A stretch of DNA of 64,000 nt from positions 4,389 through 68,388 of IMG/VR virus record IMGVR_UViG_3300039159_000275, one strand, 5' to 3'. Both the position numbers and the translations under genes were made by a program. This stretch comes from a virus. Shown here in pieces: positions 1 through 9,812 of the stretch (position 1 is the stretch's first letter; each line of letters starts with the position of its first letter). Below the pieces are notes generated by a model, which was not told where the DNA came from, did not search any database, and worked only from the letters and a program-made list of their open reading frames with translations.

Positions 1-9
1 TTAAATTTC

Positions 10-696
10 ATGATTAGAGATACACAAATATATCAAGGTGATAATAGTATTTATTCAAAAAAAGATAAATTACCATCAAGAGGAGATAAATTACCATCAA
101 GAAGAGAACTTTTAACAGATAATAATTTTATAACTAATCATGATTATTTTGCTATTTTTAAAAGTGAAGACATAAGTAAAATTCGGCAAAATAGACAAAT
201 TAAAAATGGTATCTTAATTAATCCTAATGAAGAAATTTATCAAGATCAAAGTTATATTAATAGAAGATCTTTTTATAACAATACAATTGCTAAAGCTAAT
301 CAAGACAGATATGCAAAACAAGTTGCTGGAAAAAGTAATTACAATGAATACTTTGAAAAATTTATAAGTTTGTTTGGATCATTAGAAAAGAAAAAAACTG
401 ATGCTATTAAAAAACATTTAGAGTTTTATAAAGAAAATAAAACTGTTAAAGAATATGAATTCTTAAAAGATTTTAATTTTGATAATATTAGTAAAGATTT
501 TTTACAAATATGTGAAAAAGCAAAATTTTATATTAATAATAAAGACAGGGACGGCAATATAACATATGATAAATTTCTTTATGAAATATATAAAAAATTC
601 TTAGATATATTAAAAAATGCTACTGAAGGATCATTAAATAATTCTGAAAATTTAGAAAAATTAAAAATTATAAAATCAATATTAAATAAGTTATGA
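10..696 (+). CDS. hypothetical protein (may be truncated at window edge)
   Basis: 228-aa ORF; contains a 21-bp tandem duplication (DKLPSRG/DKLPSRR) near 64-105. Confidence 0.6.
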   Translation: MIRDTQIYQGDNSIYSKKDKLPSRGDKLPSRRELLTDNNFITNHDYFAIFKSEDISKIRQNRQIKNGILINPNEEIYQDQSYINRRSFYNNTIAKANQDRYAKQVAGKSNYNEYFEKFISLFGSLEKKKTDAIKKHLEFYKENKTVKEYEFLKDFNFDNISKDFLQICEKAKFYINNKDRDGNITYDKFLYEIYKKFLDILKNATEGSLNNSENLEKLKIIKSILNKL

Positions 697-1025
697 AAGA
701 AAAAATTAAATCAATAATAGCTAATTTAAAATCGGTTGCTAGAAAAGAAAATGATATATTAGTTAAAATAGATTCTGATGAAATATCTAAAAATGTTTAT
801 AAAATAGATATTGATATTAAGAATGTCAAAATGTTTACTGTTGAAAAAATAATTAAAATGGCTAAGAAGTATAAAGAATACAAATCACACGAATTTGTAA
901 GTAAATTACAAACAGCTGAAGAAATTAAAGCAAAAGCCGACAAAAATAAATTAAGATTTATATTTAAAGATAAAGCAGCAAATGAAAGCTTACTTATGTC
1001 TTTTGAAAGATTTAATAGTAAATAA
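693..1025 (+). CDS. hypothetical protein
   Basis: 110-aa Lys-rich ORF adjoining the upstream ORF. Confidence 0.6.
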   Translation: MKEKIKSIIANLKSVARKENDILVKIDSDEISKNVYKIDIDIKNVKMFTVEKIIKMAKKYKEYKSHEFVSKLQTAEEIKAKADKNKLRFIFKDKAANESLLMSFERFNSK

Positions 1026-1078
1026 TTAAAATAGTATGTATTATTATGTGGTATGATTTTTGCCGTCTTGGCCATCAT

Positions 1079-1567
1079 TTACTCATCAAAAATGCCAGTT
1101 TTATCAAGTTTAGCCATTTTATCTGAAGATGTTAAATTTGTTCCAAGTAATTTGGCCTTATCAACTAATTGTTTTGCAGTTATAATAGTCATTCTAAGCT
1201 CAGAATTTTTTGATAAATTTTTAACAATTATACAATACTTAGATTTAGTTTTTGTCATTCCTTTTATTTTAAAAATATCTCCAGTATAAAAGAATTTAAC
1301 ATCTAAATCTTCTGGTGTCATACCATATCGTTTTGCATAAAGTTTAAATTCTTCAGCCTCTAAATCAATAGCTTGTCCTAACAAATCTTTAACAGCAAAT
1401 GTTAATTTGAATTCGCTTTTTTGTGAACTATAAGAAGCATGTCCAACAATAGCATTAACATCATATTTATCACAAACTACTTTCATAGCTGCTTTAATAT
1501 CGTTTCTAAAAGCTTCCCATTTTATGGTATTTTTACCAAAGTCTTCTTTAAAAGATGAAATTTTCAT
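1079..1567 (-). CDS. hypothetical phage protein ending in KLDKTGIFDE
   Basis: 162-aa ORF; C-terminus resembles the KTGLFN tail of the LRR-like genes. Confidence 0.7.
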   Translation of the reverse strand: MKISSFKEDFGKNTIKWEAFRNDIKAAMKVVCDKYDVNAIVGHASYSSQKSEFKLTFAVKDLLGQAIDLEAEEFKLYAKRYGMTPEDLDVKFFYTGDIFKIKGMTKTKSKYCIIVKNLSKNSELRMTIITAKQLVDKAKLLGTNLTSSDKMAKLDKTGIFDE

Positions 1568-1610
1568 AGATTATTTATAAAAGTATGAAAATGTAAATTA
1601 TAGAAATATA

Positions 1611-2246
1611 TTATTTCAATTTTAATAATATTCCATTATTTAAATATTTATGTTCTTCAATTTTTTCAAAATCATCAAAAACATCATTAATTAAATTATC
1701 ATAATTATGAGAGTTTAAATTTTCAATTAAAAAAATATATTTATTTGATAATTTCTTCATGTTTTTTAAAAATTTATTAGCTCTATCATATGACAAATGC
1801 ATCGTAACAGCTTGTGTGTAAACAAATTCATATTTATTAATCATATCTTTTTCAATTGTTCCATCTACCATATCTAAAATTTTTAATCTATTGCTAAATT
1901 CATAATCTTTTAAATTAAATAATTTAAAACCCAAATTTAATTGATTTTGTGAATAATCGCATCCATCGACATATAAATTTGGATTAATGATTTGATTATT
2001 TATTAAATGATGTGCACAACCAAAACCACATTCAAAAATAGAATTGACCTTTAATTTTTGTATTATATGATACAATTCTTTCCAATTTTGATGTAAATTA
2101 TCTTTAAAAATAATTTCTCCATTTATATCATATTCTATATTTTTTACAATTAAATCTATAGATTTTTCAATAAATTCGTTGTTTAATTCTTTTAAATAAT
2201 AATCGTTAGTATAATTTTCCCAGTTAAAATCATCTTTTATTTTCAT
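1611..2246 (-). CDS. class I SAM-dependent methyltransferase
   Basis: IFECGFGCAH motif I and GCDYS motif II; last gene of the sugar operon. Confidence 0.75.
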   Translation of the reverse strand: MKIKDDFNWENYTNDYYLKELNNEFIEKSIDLIVKNIEYDINGEIIFKDNLHQNWKELYHIIQKLKVNSIFECGFGCAHHLINNQIINPNLYVDGCDYSQNQLNLGFKLFNLKDYEFSNRLKILDMVDGTIEKDMINKYEFVYTQAVTMHLSYDRANKFLKNMKKLSNKYIFLIENLNSHNYDNLINDVFDDFEKIEEHKYLNNGILLKLK

Positions 2247-2258
2247 GTTTTTTAATTT

Positions 2259-3227
2259 TTAATTTTTCTCTAAACAATACATTAGCATTTCATCTAACAT
2301 CGTTTCAAATGTATATTCTTGTTCCCATGACAGAATTTTTTTTATTTTTGAAGCATCACCTTTTAAAAAATGTAATTCTTCTGGTCTCAAAAATTTCTCA
2401 TCTTTTTTTACATATTTTTTCCAATCTAAATCCAGTTTACCAAAAACATATTCAACTAATTGTTTTACAGTGTGCGATACTCCTGTTGCACATATAAAAT
2501 CATCTGGTTTGTTATGTTGTAACATTAACCACATTGCTTTAGTGTAATCCTTAGCATGACCCCAATCTCTAGATGCATTTAAGTTTCCAAGTTTTAATTC
2601 GTTTTGTTTTCCGTTTTTAATGTTAACTGCAGCGTGAATTACTTTATTTGTTACAAAATTCATGCCTCTTCTCGGTGATTCGTGATTAAATAGTCTAGCA
2701 CATGAAACAAACATATTGTAACTGTTTTTATAATTTTGACATATATTATGTGCAAAAACTTTAGAAACTCCATATGGAGATACTGGAATCATTGGAGTAG
2801 TTTCTCTCTGATAACCATCATCATCAATATTATTTCCAAATTGTTCAGATGATCCAGCATTGTACATTTTGGAATTTGGAACAATAGATTTCATTGCTTC
2901 AAGAACATTTAGTGTTCCTATAGAATTTGCAAATGCTGTATATACAGGTTGGTCAAAAGATATTCTAACATCAGATAAAGCGGCTAAATGATATATTTCC
3001 GAAGGTTCATATTTTTGCATTACTTTAATAAGTGAAGACATATCTGTAACATCACAATATTCTAAAAAAATTTTATCCTTAATATGTTCAATTCTGTAAT
3101 TTGAATTTGGAGCACTATTTCTTTTTAATGTTCCAATCACATTATATCCTTTAAAAAGCAAAAATTCTGAAAGATAACTTCCATCTTGTCCGGCAATTCC
3201 AGTAATTAAAGCTGTTTTATTATTCAT
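2259..3227 (-). CDS. gmd: GDP-mannose 4,6-dehydratase
   Basis: ALITGIAGQDGSYL, SSEQFG, PVSPYGVSK, LFNHESPRRG, LGNLNASRDWGHAKDY motifs. Confidence 0.97.
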   Translation of the reverse strand: MNNKTALITGIAGQDGSYLSEFLLFKGYNVIGTLKRNSAPNSNYRIEHIKDKIFLEYCDVTDMSSLIKVMQKYEPSEIYHLAALSDVRISFDQPVYTAFANSIGTLNVLEAMKSIVPNSKMYNAGSSEQFGNNIDDDGYQRETTPMIPVSPYGVSKVFAHNICQNYKNSYNMFVSCARLFNHESPRRGMNFVTNKVIHAAVNIKNGKQNELKLGNLNASRDWGHAKDYTKAMWLMLQHNKPDDFICATGVSHTVKQLVEYVFGKLDLDWKKYVKKDEKFLRPEELHFLKGDASKIKKILSWEQEYTFETMLDEMLMYCLEKN

Positions 3228-3243
3228 TGATTTATCATTATTT

Positions 3244-4401
3244 TTAAAATTTATTAATAATATCGCATATTTTAATGATGTTATCAGTGGTTAAATCTTG
3301 ATGATTTGGAATATAAAAACCGTATTTATCTATTTTTTCGCAATTTTCCAATTTGGTTTCTATTTTATTTTTAAAATTTTTCCAAAAGGGTTTATTAGAC
3401 ATGTTTCCAGCTATTAACGGCCTTACTTCTATATTATTTTCTTTTAAAGATTTTACTATTTCTGATCTGTTTTTGTGTACAATGGGATATGCAAAATTTG
3501 AAATAAAACCTCTTTCTATTAATTTTAATTCGTTATTTTTAATATTTTCTTTATATATGTTATAATTAGCATTTCTAATTTTTTTAAAAATATCTAATTT
3601 ATCTATTTGACTAATACCAATAAATGCTTGTAAATCGGTTGATCTTAAATTAAATCCAGGATAGTAAAATTGATATAATGCTGAAAATTCATCAACATTG
3701 TGTTTTTTTCTCCATAATAATTGTGTTTCAGAATCAATGTCTCTGTCCCAACCATGAGAACGACACGATAATAAAACATCATATATTTCTTTATCATTCG
3801 TGTTTATAAAACCTCCTTCTATAGTTGATAAATGATGACCATAATACATTGAGAAAAAAGACATTATACCAAAACTTCCTAATTTTTTAGAATTAAATTC
3901 AGATCCCATACTTTCACAAACATCTTCAATTAATAGAACGTCATATTGTTTACAAAGATTAACAATTTTTTCCATATCTGGTACTAGACCTAAAACACTA
4001 ACTAATATAACTGCTTTGGGTTTGTATTGTAAAAAACTTTTTTCTAACTCTTCTAAATTTAATGATAAATCAGACATATTACAATCTATCAAAATTGGAT
4101 TTAATCCAATTTGCATAGGAGAAGAAACATCTGTCAACCATGAAAGAGCTGGTACAATTATATTATCACCAACAGATAATTTATTCATCTGTATTAAAGT
4201 AAAAAGACCTAATAATATAGCTGAACTACCAGAATTTACATACACAGAATAATTTGTATGTATGTAATTGGCCCATTTTTTTTCTAATTGTACTGTTACT
4301 TCACCCTTTGTTAGTCGAGGAATAGGGTCTTGTTGTAACCATTCTATTAATCTATTAATGTCGTTTCTATCTATTGTATCACTTACTAATTTAATATTCA
4401 T
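3244..4401 (-). CDS. colD: DegT/DnrJ-fold PLP enzyme, ColD-like GDP-4-keto-6-deoxymannose 3-dehydratase
   Basis: VNSGSSA, LIEDVCESMG, SMYYGHHLSTIEGG (His where aminotransferases have the Schiff-base Lys), RSHGWDR, GFNLRSTDLQAFIG; probable ATG at 4401. Confidence 0.85.
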   Translation of the reverse strand: MNIKLVSDTIDRNDINRLIEWLQQDPIPRLTKGEVTVQLEKKWANYIHTNYSVYVNSGSSAILLGLFTLIQMNKLSVGDNIIVPALSWLTDVSSPMQIGLNPILIDCNMSDLSLNLEELEKSFLQYKPKAVILVSVLGLVPDMEKIVNLCKQYDVLLIEDVCESMGSEFNSKKLGSFGIMSFFSMYYGHHLSTIEGGFINTNDKEIYDVLLSCRSHGWDRDIDSETQLLWRKKHNVDEFSALYQFYYPGFNLRSTDLQAFIGISQIDKLDIFKKIRNANYNIYKENIKNNELKLIERGFISNFAYPIVHKNRSEIVKSLKENNIEVRPLIAGNMSNKPFWKNFKNKIETKLENCEKIDKYGFYIPNHQDLTTDNIIKICDIINKF

Positions 4402-4405
4402 ATGT

Positions 4406-5308
4406 TTATTTGTATGTTTTGTAATATTTTCTAATTCCTTCTTCAAGATTCATAAATGAATAATTTGGAATTATTTGATTAAATTTTTCAATACTTAAAT
4501 CTTTTCGCATTTGACCATTTGGTTTTGTTTCATCATAATCGATTCTCAAATGTAATGAATCAGTTGCTTTTAACGCAATATTTGCTATTTGCGAAATTGT
4601 TAAATTTTCGGGTGTTGCAACATTAAAAGATTCTGTAATGTCTTCTTCAATTACTCTTTTAATGATTTTAGCAAGATCAGATGCATGCATAAATTGACGC
4701 ATTGGTTTTCCATTACCATATAGTGTTATATGATCTTCTTTGTTTAAGTTAGCTAAATAAATCTTCTTAACAAGAGCAGTTACAAAATGAGATTTGTTTT
4801 CATCATCTTTATCTTCATTACCATATAAATTACAAGGTGAAATATAATTATACTTAGTACCATATTCTTTATTACATGCATCAATTTGAACTGCCATGGC
4901 ACGCTTCGCCATCCCATATGAAAAATTAGTTTTAGTTGGTGCACCTCTATGTAAATCTTGTTCAAGCATTGGATATGTTTCAACTACATCTGGAAAAATA
5001 CAAGATGAAAGAATACCAATAAATTTTTTAACATGAAATTTGCGAGCATTACGAATCATAAAAGTATTCATTAAAATATTTTCTTCAAAATATTCAGAAG
5101 GGTGATTAATATTATCAAAAATTCCACCGACTCTAGCTGCCAAATGTACAACACAATCAGGTTGATAATATTCATACATTTCTTTAACTTTATCTTGTAT
5201 TGTTAAATCATAATCTTTAGAAGACATATAATGTGCGCTTGGTAATATTTTTTGTAAATATTTACCACATAAACCTGAACCACCGGTTACTAAAATTTTA
5301 TCATACAT
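4406..5308 (-). CDS. fcl: GDP-L-fucose synthase / ColC-like epimerase-reductase
   Basis: ILVTGGSGLCG, HLAARVGGI, SSCIFP, YGMAK, PCNLYG, GKPMRQFMH motifs. Confidence 0.9.
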   Translation of the reverse strand: MYDKILVTGGSGLCGKYLQKILPSAHYMSSKDYDLTIQDKVKEMYEYYQPDCVVHLAARVGGIFDNINHPSEYFEENILMNTFMIRNARKFHVKKFIGILSSCIFPDVVETYPMLEQDLHRGAPTKTNFSYGMAKRAMAVQIDACNKEYGTKYNYISPCNLYGNEDKDDENKSHFVTALVKKIYLANLNKEDHITLYGNGKPMRQFMHASDLAKIIKRVIEEDITESFNVATPENLTISQIANIALKATDSLHLRIDYDETKPNGQMRKDLSIEKFNQIIPNYSFMNLEEGIRKYYKTYK

Positions 5309-5466
5309 AATTTTATTTAAAATGTTTTGAAATAGTCGAAATTTTTCTCATCTTTGAAAAATTCCAATACTTGTTTAACATATATACGAAATTGTTTCTT
5401 ATATTTATAATGCGTGTCAAAGTCCGTCGTTTTTGGCCATCATGACTTTTTTACTATATTTTTGTG

Positions 5467-6534
5467 TTATTTTAATAAAGATACATTGCGAAGTTCTTGT
5501 AATGATCTTTGATAAGAATCATCAATTTTTAAATCTAAAGAAGTTATCCAATTAACATAATCTATTAAACCTGTTTCTAAAGAAACTTTTGGTACAAAAT
5601 TTAACTCATTCTTAATTTTTGTAATGTCTGCAACGTTATGTTTAATATCTCCTTTACGTACTTCATTATTTATTTTAATTTTAGAAGTTGAAGAATATAA
5701 ATTTCTTAATAGCTCTGCTAAATTTAAAATCTCTGTGCTAGTACCTGAACCAACATTATAAGTTTGAGAATTAGCAACAGGTTGCATTGCTAAAATTAAT
5801 GAATCAACAACATCTGAAACATGTATAAAATCTCTTGTCATTTTGCCGTCTTCAAAAATAAAAACATCTTTTTGAAATAAAAATTGTTTTGAAAAAATTG
5901 ATAATATACCAGTATAAGGATTATTCAAACTTTGATATCGACCATACACATTTTGAAAACGTAAAATAGTGTAATCAATTTTATCTGTTAATAAAATTTT
6001 AAAAAGATACTCTTGATATAATTTATTTGCAGCATAAATTGATAATGGAGATACTTTATCCGTTTCAAGTGATGGTACTATTTTCCCATTTACAATATTA
6101 GCATCGCCATAAACTGCTCGACTGGACGCTAAGATAATTTTATCAGGTGCTAATGTTGGATGTTTTAAATAAAAATTTAAAACATCTGCAGTACCATCAA
6201 TATTTGTGTTGTGATATTTAGACAATTCATACATTGATTGACCTGTACCAGTTTCTGCAGCTAAATGATAAATAATATCAAATTTAAATCTTTCTTTCCA
6301 CAATGTTATTCGATCCTGATTGTAATTTATAACATCCGTTTTAAGAAATTTAAGAGGATATTTGGAATTTATAAATGAATTTAAAAATTGATATGAATAT
6401 GAACTTAAAACATTTGTACCATGAATTTGTGGATTTAAATTATCAATAACCCAAACTTCATGATTTTGTTCTAACAATTTCTTTACAAGATTAACTCCAA
6501 TAAAACCTGCGCCGCCGGTTATTAAAATTTTCAT
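5467..6534 (-). CDS. NAD-dependent nucleotide-sugar epimerase/dehydratase
   Basis: ILITGGAGFIG, HLAAETGTGQSM, YAANK, RFQNVYG, TRDFIHVSDV (extended SDR). Confidence 0.92.
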   Translation of the reverse strand: MKILITGGAGFIGVNLVKKLLEQNHEVWVIDNLNPQIHGTNVLSSYSYQFLNSFINSKYPLKFLKTDVINYNQDRITLWKERFKFDIIYHLAAETGTGQSMYELSKYHNTNIDGTADVLNFYLKHPTLAPDKIILASSRAVYGDANIVNGKIVPSLETDKVSPLSIYAANKLYQEYLFKILLTDKIDYTILRFQNVYGRYQSLNNPYTGILSIFSKQFLFQKDVFIFEDGKMTRDFIHVSDVVDSLILAMQPVANSQTYNVGSGTSTEILNLAELLRNLYSSTSKIKINNEVRKGDIKHNVADITKIKNELNFVPKVSLETGLIDYVNWITSLDLKIDDSYQRSLQELRNVSLLK

Positions 6535-7226
6535 TTCTTTACAAAGTACGCTAATTTATTTGGACCATATATTGTTTCAGGTAATGTAAACATTTCAGCG
6601 TGTGTAATGTTGTCTGTTAAATATTGATTCTCATCAGCTGTTAAAAACTCAGATGATGATATTTGTGTATCAACAATACGTTGTAAAAAATCATAAGTAG
6701 TGTTAGTGCGTTTTTCATTAATATCTAAAGTTGTTCCATATAAATCTTTAAAATCATTAATTGGCCAAAAAGAAGTATGTAAATCTTCAACCCAATATTG
6801 ACCATTAGATTTTAAAAATGAAAACAATGTGCCAAAACTTACTTGTTGTTGTTGCATCATATGACCACCATCATCAATGATAATATCAAAAGCAGTATTT
6901 GCTTTTTCAAGAAACTGTTGTAAGCTTTCCCTACTAGATTGATCGGCAATATATGTTGTTACTTTATCATTATTCAAATATGTATAATTTTCAATATCAA
7001 TAGCGTGGATTGTTGCATTTGGAAAATAATCATACCACATTTTTAAAGACGGTCCACCACCAATACCAATTTCTAAAAATGTAATTGCTTGATTTCTAAT
7101 TGCTTCAAATGTTTTTTCATATTGTGTTGTGAAATGTAAACGGGGACCATGATGTTTACCATCTTGAGGAATTTCAGTACCTTTATCTGAAGCATATTTA
7201 TTTGCAAGTTGTGTTAAAGTCATCAT
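6531..7226 (-). CDS. class I SAM-dependent (sugar O-)methyltransferase
   Basis: SDKG N-terminus, FLEIGIGGGPSLKMW, FDIIIDDGGH, YWVEDL, as in MycE-like sugar O-methyltransferases. Confidence 0.8.
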   Translation of the reverse strand: MMTLTQLANKYASDKGTEIPQDGKHHGPRLHFTTQYEKTFEAIRNQAITFLEIGIGGGPSLKMWYDYFPNATIHAIDIENYTYLNNDKVTTYIADQSSRESLQQFLEKANTAFDIIIDDGGHMMQQQQVSFGTLFSFLKSNGQYWVEDLHTSFWPINDFKDLYGTTLDINEKRTNTTYDFLQRIVDTQISSSEFLTADENQYLTDNITHAEMFTLPETIYGPNKLAYFVKK

Positions 7227-7918
7227 ACGTATTTATATTTTATATTTTGATCAATTTTGTAATTGTATTTATTCAAACAATAATCAATTTCTTTTTTTCT
7301 TAATTCTGTTGTTGCAAGCGTATTTGTTACACTATTAGGCCACATTCTGATACTAACATAAGTATTATCTGAAATTGAAACAGGTTCACCATATTTATGA
7401 AATAACGTGTAAGCTATTTCGCAATCATTCATCCAAATTAAATTATCATCGAAAAAATTATTATCATTTTTAAAAAACATAACTGAAGGAGCACCTATTG
7501 TGTTTTTCGCAGTAATAATTTCATCAGCATAAGAAGGTGTCATGTTTCTATAAAAAGAAGTACCCATTTGATCTGTATGATTAAAATTAAAAAAACCCCA
7601 ATCCATTTTTATTTTTTCTAAAGCATGTTCATTATAAAAGAAATCATCTTGATGCATTATTTTAATATATTCACCTTTTGCGTGTAAAATTGCATTATTC
7701 ATATTGTTAGATGAATTACCAATCTTTTCAAGATTACGATAATATTTAATATTACTATTTTTACAAACATTGAAGATTATATCTGATTTAGAATGATCTG
7801 ATATAATAATTTCATAATCTTTTTCTGATTGATTGTTAATTGTGTTCAAAAGAACTTTTAAATATTTGTCACCAACACCATTCATTTCATAAGTTGGAAT
7901 ACATATTGAAGTTTTCAT
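7223..7918 (-). CDS. glycosyltransferase family 2
   Basis: SICIPTYE, YEIIISDHS, IKIMHQDD (GT-A fold). Confidence 0.88.
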   Translation of the reverse strand: MKTSICIPTYEMNGVGDKYLKVLLNTINNQSEKDYEIIISDHSKSDIIFNVCKNSNIKYYRNLEKIGNSSNNMNNAILHAKGEYIKIMHQDDFFYNEHALEKIKMDWGFFNFNHTDQMGTSFYRNMTPSYADEIITAKNTIGAPSVMFFKNDNNFFDDNLIWMNDCEIAYTLFHKYGEPVSISDNTYVSIRMWPNSVTNTLATTELRKKEIDYCLNKYNYKIDQNIKYKYV

Positions 7919-8699
7919 TAGTTATTTCTAATATTTTTTCTTTTAAACGTTTATTATAATCCATATAATATAACGCAGTTTGATAATTTTCTTCAATTGC
8001 AACAATTCGATTATTATAGTCAAATTCCGTCAATTTGTTTACTTTATCAAAACATTCTTCTATAGTATTAAAACAAATTATACCATCAATATTAAAATAA
8101 TTTGAAATATTTTCACATCCCCAATAAATAGGTATAGTTTTAGTTAAAAAACAATCTATTATTTTTTCAGTAAACCAATTTTTAATATTTACATTTTCAA
8201 CACATATATGAAACATTGAATCATTAAAAAGTATAATTTTATCATTTGGTAAATTTCCAATATACTTTTTATATTGATTTGGTATAGGTAAATTAGAACT
8301 ATTATAAAATTCAGTTTTAATTTTAAAAAGATTTTCTGAATGCCAAATTTTTGATCTTAATATGTGACCATTTGTTTTTGATTTAGAGTTACATAACATT
8401 GTAACTTTTAGTTTTTTTTCTATAGAATTTGGATTAACAAATGAAGATCCAAATTCAAATAACACACTATTATTACATTTAGATAAAATATTTTCTGACC
8501 ATGTTAAAATAAAATCATAATATTTATGATTTTCATAAACTTTTTCAAATTGTAAACCTATTTCAGGAGGTTCAATTATTAATAATATTTTAATACCATC
8601 AAAATGTGGTAAATGATAACTGTCAATAACAAGTAATGTTGGTTTTAAAACATTAAATAGAGGTAAATGTACAGTGTTATTAATTATATTAATGTTCAT
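7887..8699 (-). CDS. GT10-like (alpha-1,3-fucosyltransferase-type) glycosyltransferase
   Basis: MFHICVEN...WFTEKIIDCFLTKTIPIYWG matches the GT10 signature; probable ATG at 8699. Confidence 0.8.
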   Translation of the reverse strand: MNINIINNTVHLPLFNVLKPTLLVIDSYHLPHFDGIKILLIIEPPEIGLQFEKVYENHKYYDFILTWSENILSKCNNSVLFEFGSSFVNPNSIEKKLKVTMLCNSKSKTNGHILRSKIWHSENLFKIKTEFYNSSNLPIPNQYKKYIGNLPNDKIILFNDSMFHICVENVNIKNWFTEKIIDCFLTKTIPIYWGCENISNYFNIDGIICFNTIEECFDKVNKLTEFDYNNRIVAIEENYQTALYYMDYNKRLKEKILEITNENFNMYSNL

Positions 8700-9475
8700 A
8701 TTATAATCCAATTATCGCAATAAATATCTTTGGTTTCTAAGTGATTTAAATTAGGACCAAACCATTTTTTCGGAGCTATTATTTTTTTGTTTTCAGATTC
8801 AGATAACCAAGCACCCCACCAAGAAAAAGTTGAATTTGAAATAATAAAATTTTTCATTTTTGACATTAAATAAATTTCACAATAATCTTTTTCTTCAATA
8901 AATTCAAATTTACCTTTAATAAAGTTTTGCTTACACCATTCTATATCGGAAGAAAAAACAACATACTTATTATTAAAATCAAAATAAGACATTGCATTGT
9001 TAAAATAATCCATGTCCATAACAACATGATTATTTTGATCATTTAAATAATCTCCTCTTCTAACATGAATAACTGTTCTATTATACAAATGAGAATATTT
9101 TTTATCTAATTCTGTCCTAATATTTAATGGTAAGTCAAAAAGATTTAAAATATCTTTTCGATATTTTTTAAAATATTTTTCAGATTGAAAATAACCGATA
9201 TATTGAGCATCTTTAATATATTCTATATTTTGAAATCCCCACTCTATATTTTTTATAGAGTGAAGTGTTATATCAGATTTTTTAAATTTATCAAAAAATA
9301 TTGAAAATTCTCTAGCATGAGAAACATCCCATCTTTTATCTGATAATAATTCATTATATCTTTTTTCTATATTTAATAAAACTAATTCATCAACATTTTG
9401 AGTTGCTAATGCATACATACTTGCTATTTGAAAAAGCATATTTCCAAGACCTCCAATTGGATATAGATATATCAT
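8696..9475 (-). CDS. GT11 alpha-1,2-fucosyl/colitosyltransferase
   Basis: GGLGNMLFQ, GYFQSEKYF, IHVRRGDY, IISNSTFSWWGAWL, APKKWF. Confidence 0.93.
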   Translation of the reverse strand: MIYLYPIGGLGNMLFQIASMYALATQNVDELVLLNIEKRYNELLSDKRWDVSHAREFSIFFDKFKKSDITLHSIKNIEWGFQNIEYIKDAQYIGYFQSEKYFKKYRKDILNLFDLPLNIRTELDKKYSHLYNRTVIHVRRGDYLNDQNNHVVMDMDYFNNAMSYFDFNNKYVVFSSDIEWCKQNFIKGKFEFIEEKDYCEIYLMSKMKNFIISNSTFSWWGAWLSESENKKIIAPKKWFGPNLNHLETKDIYCDNWIII

Positions 9476-9576
9476 TTTTTATTTATAAAATAATATACAT
9501 TTCTATAATTTTTTATATAATTTTTAATATTTTAGCTCATATAATATGGGAAAAAGCTCCTATTTCAAATACTAAA

Positions 9577-9765
9577 ATGATTGATATATCAAATGTTACA
9601 AACTCAGATGAATTATCTAAATTAGAACGAAGAATTTCATATAATGATGTTGCTTGTTATTTTGGAAAAGGGAGATTTAAAAATTTTAAATTAAATCCTC
9701 CTTATCATAATTTAAGTATGTATTTTGGTAATGGAGCTGGTAATATTACGATATTTGAATATTAA
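9577..9765 (+). CDS. small hypothetical protein or gene fragment
   Basis: 62 codons from ATG 9577; lies between the two divergent arms of the glycan cluster. Confidence 0.35.
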   Translation: MIDISNVTNSDELSKLERRISYNDVACYFGKGRFKNFKLNPPYHNLSMYFGNGAGNITIFEY

Positions 9766-9812
9766 TTTTTTATATCTTTTATAAGAGAAAGGTTTCTTAA
9801 ATAAATATTATC

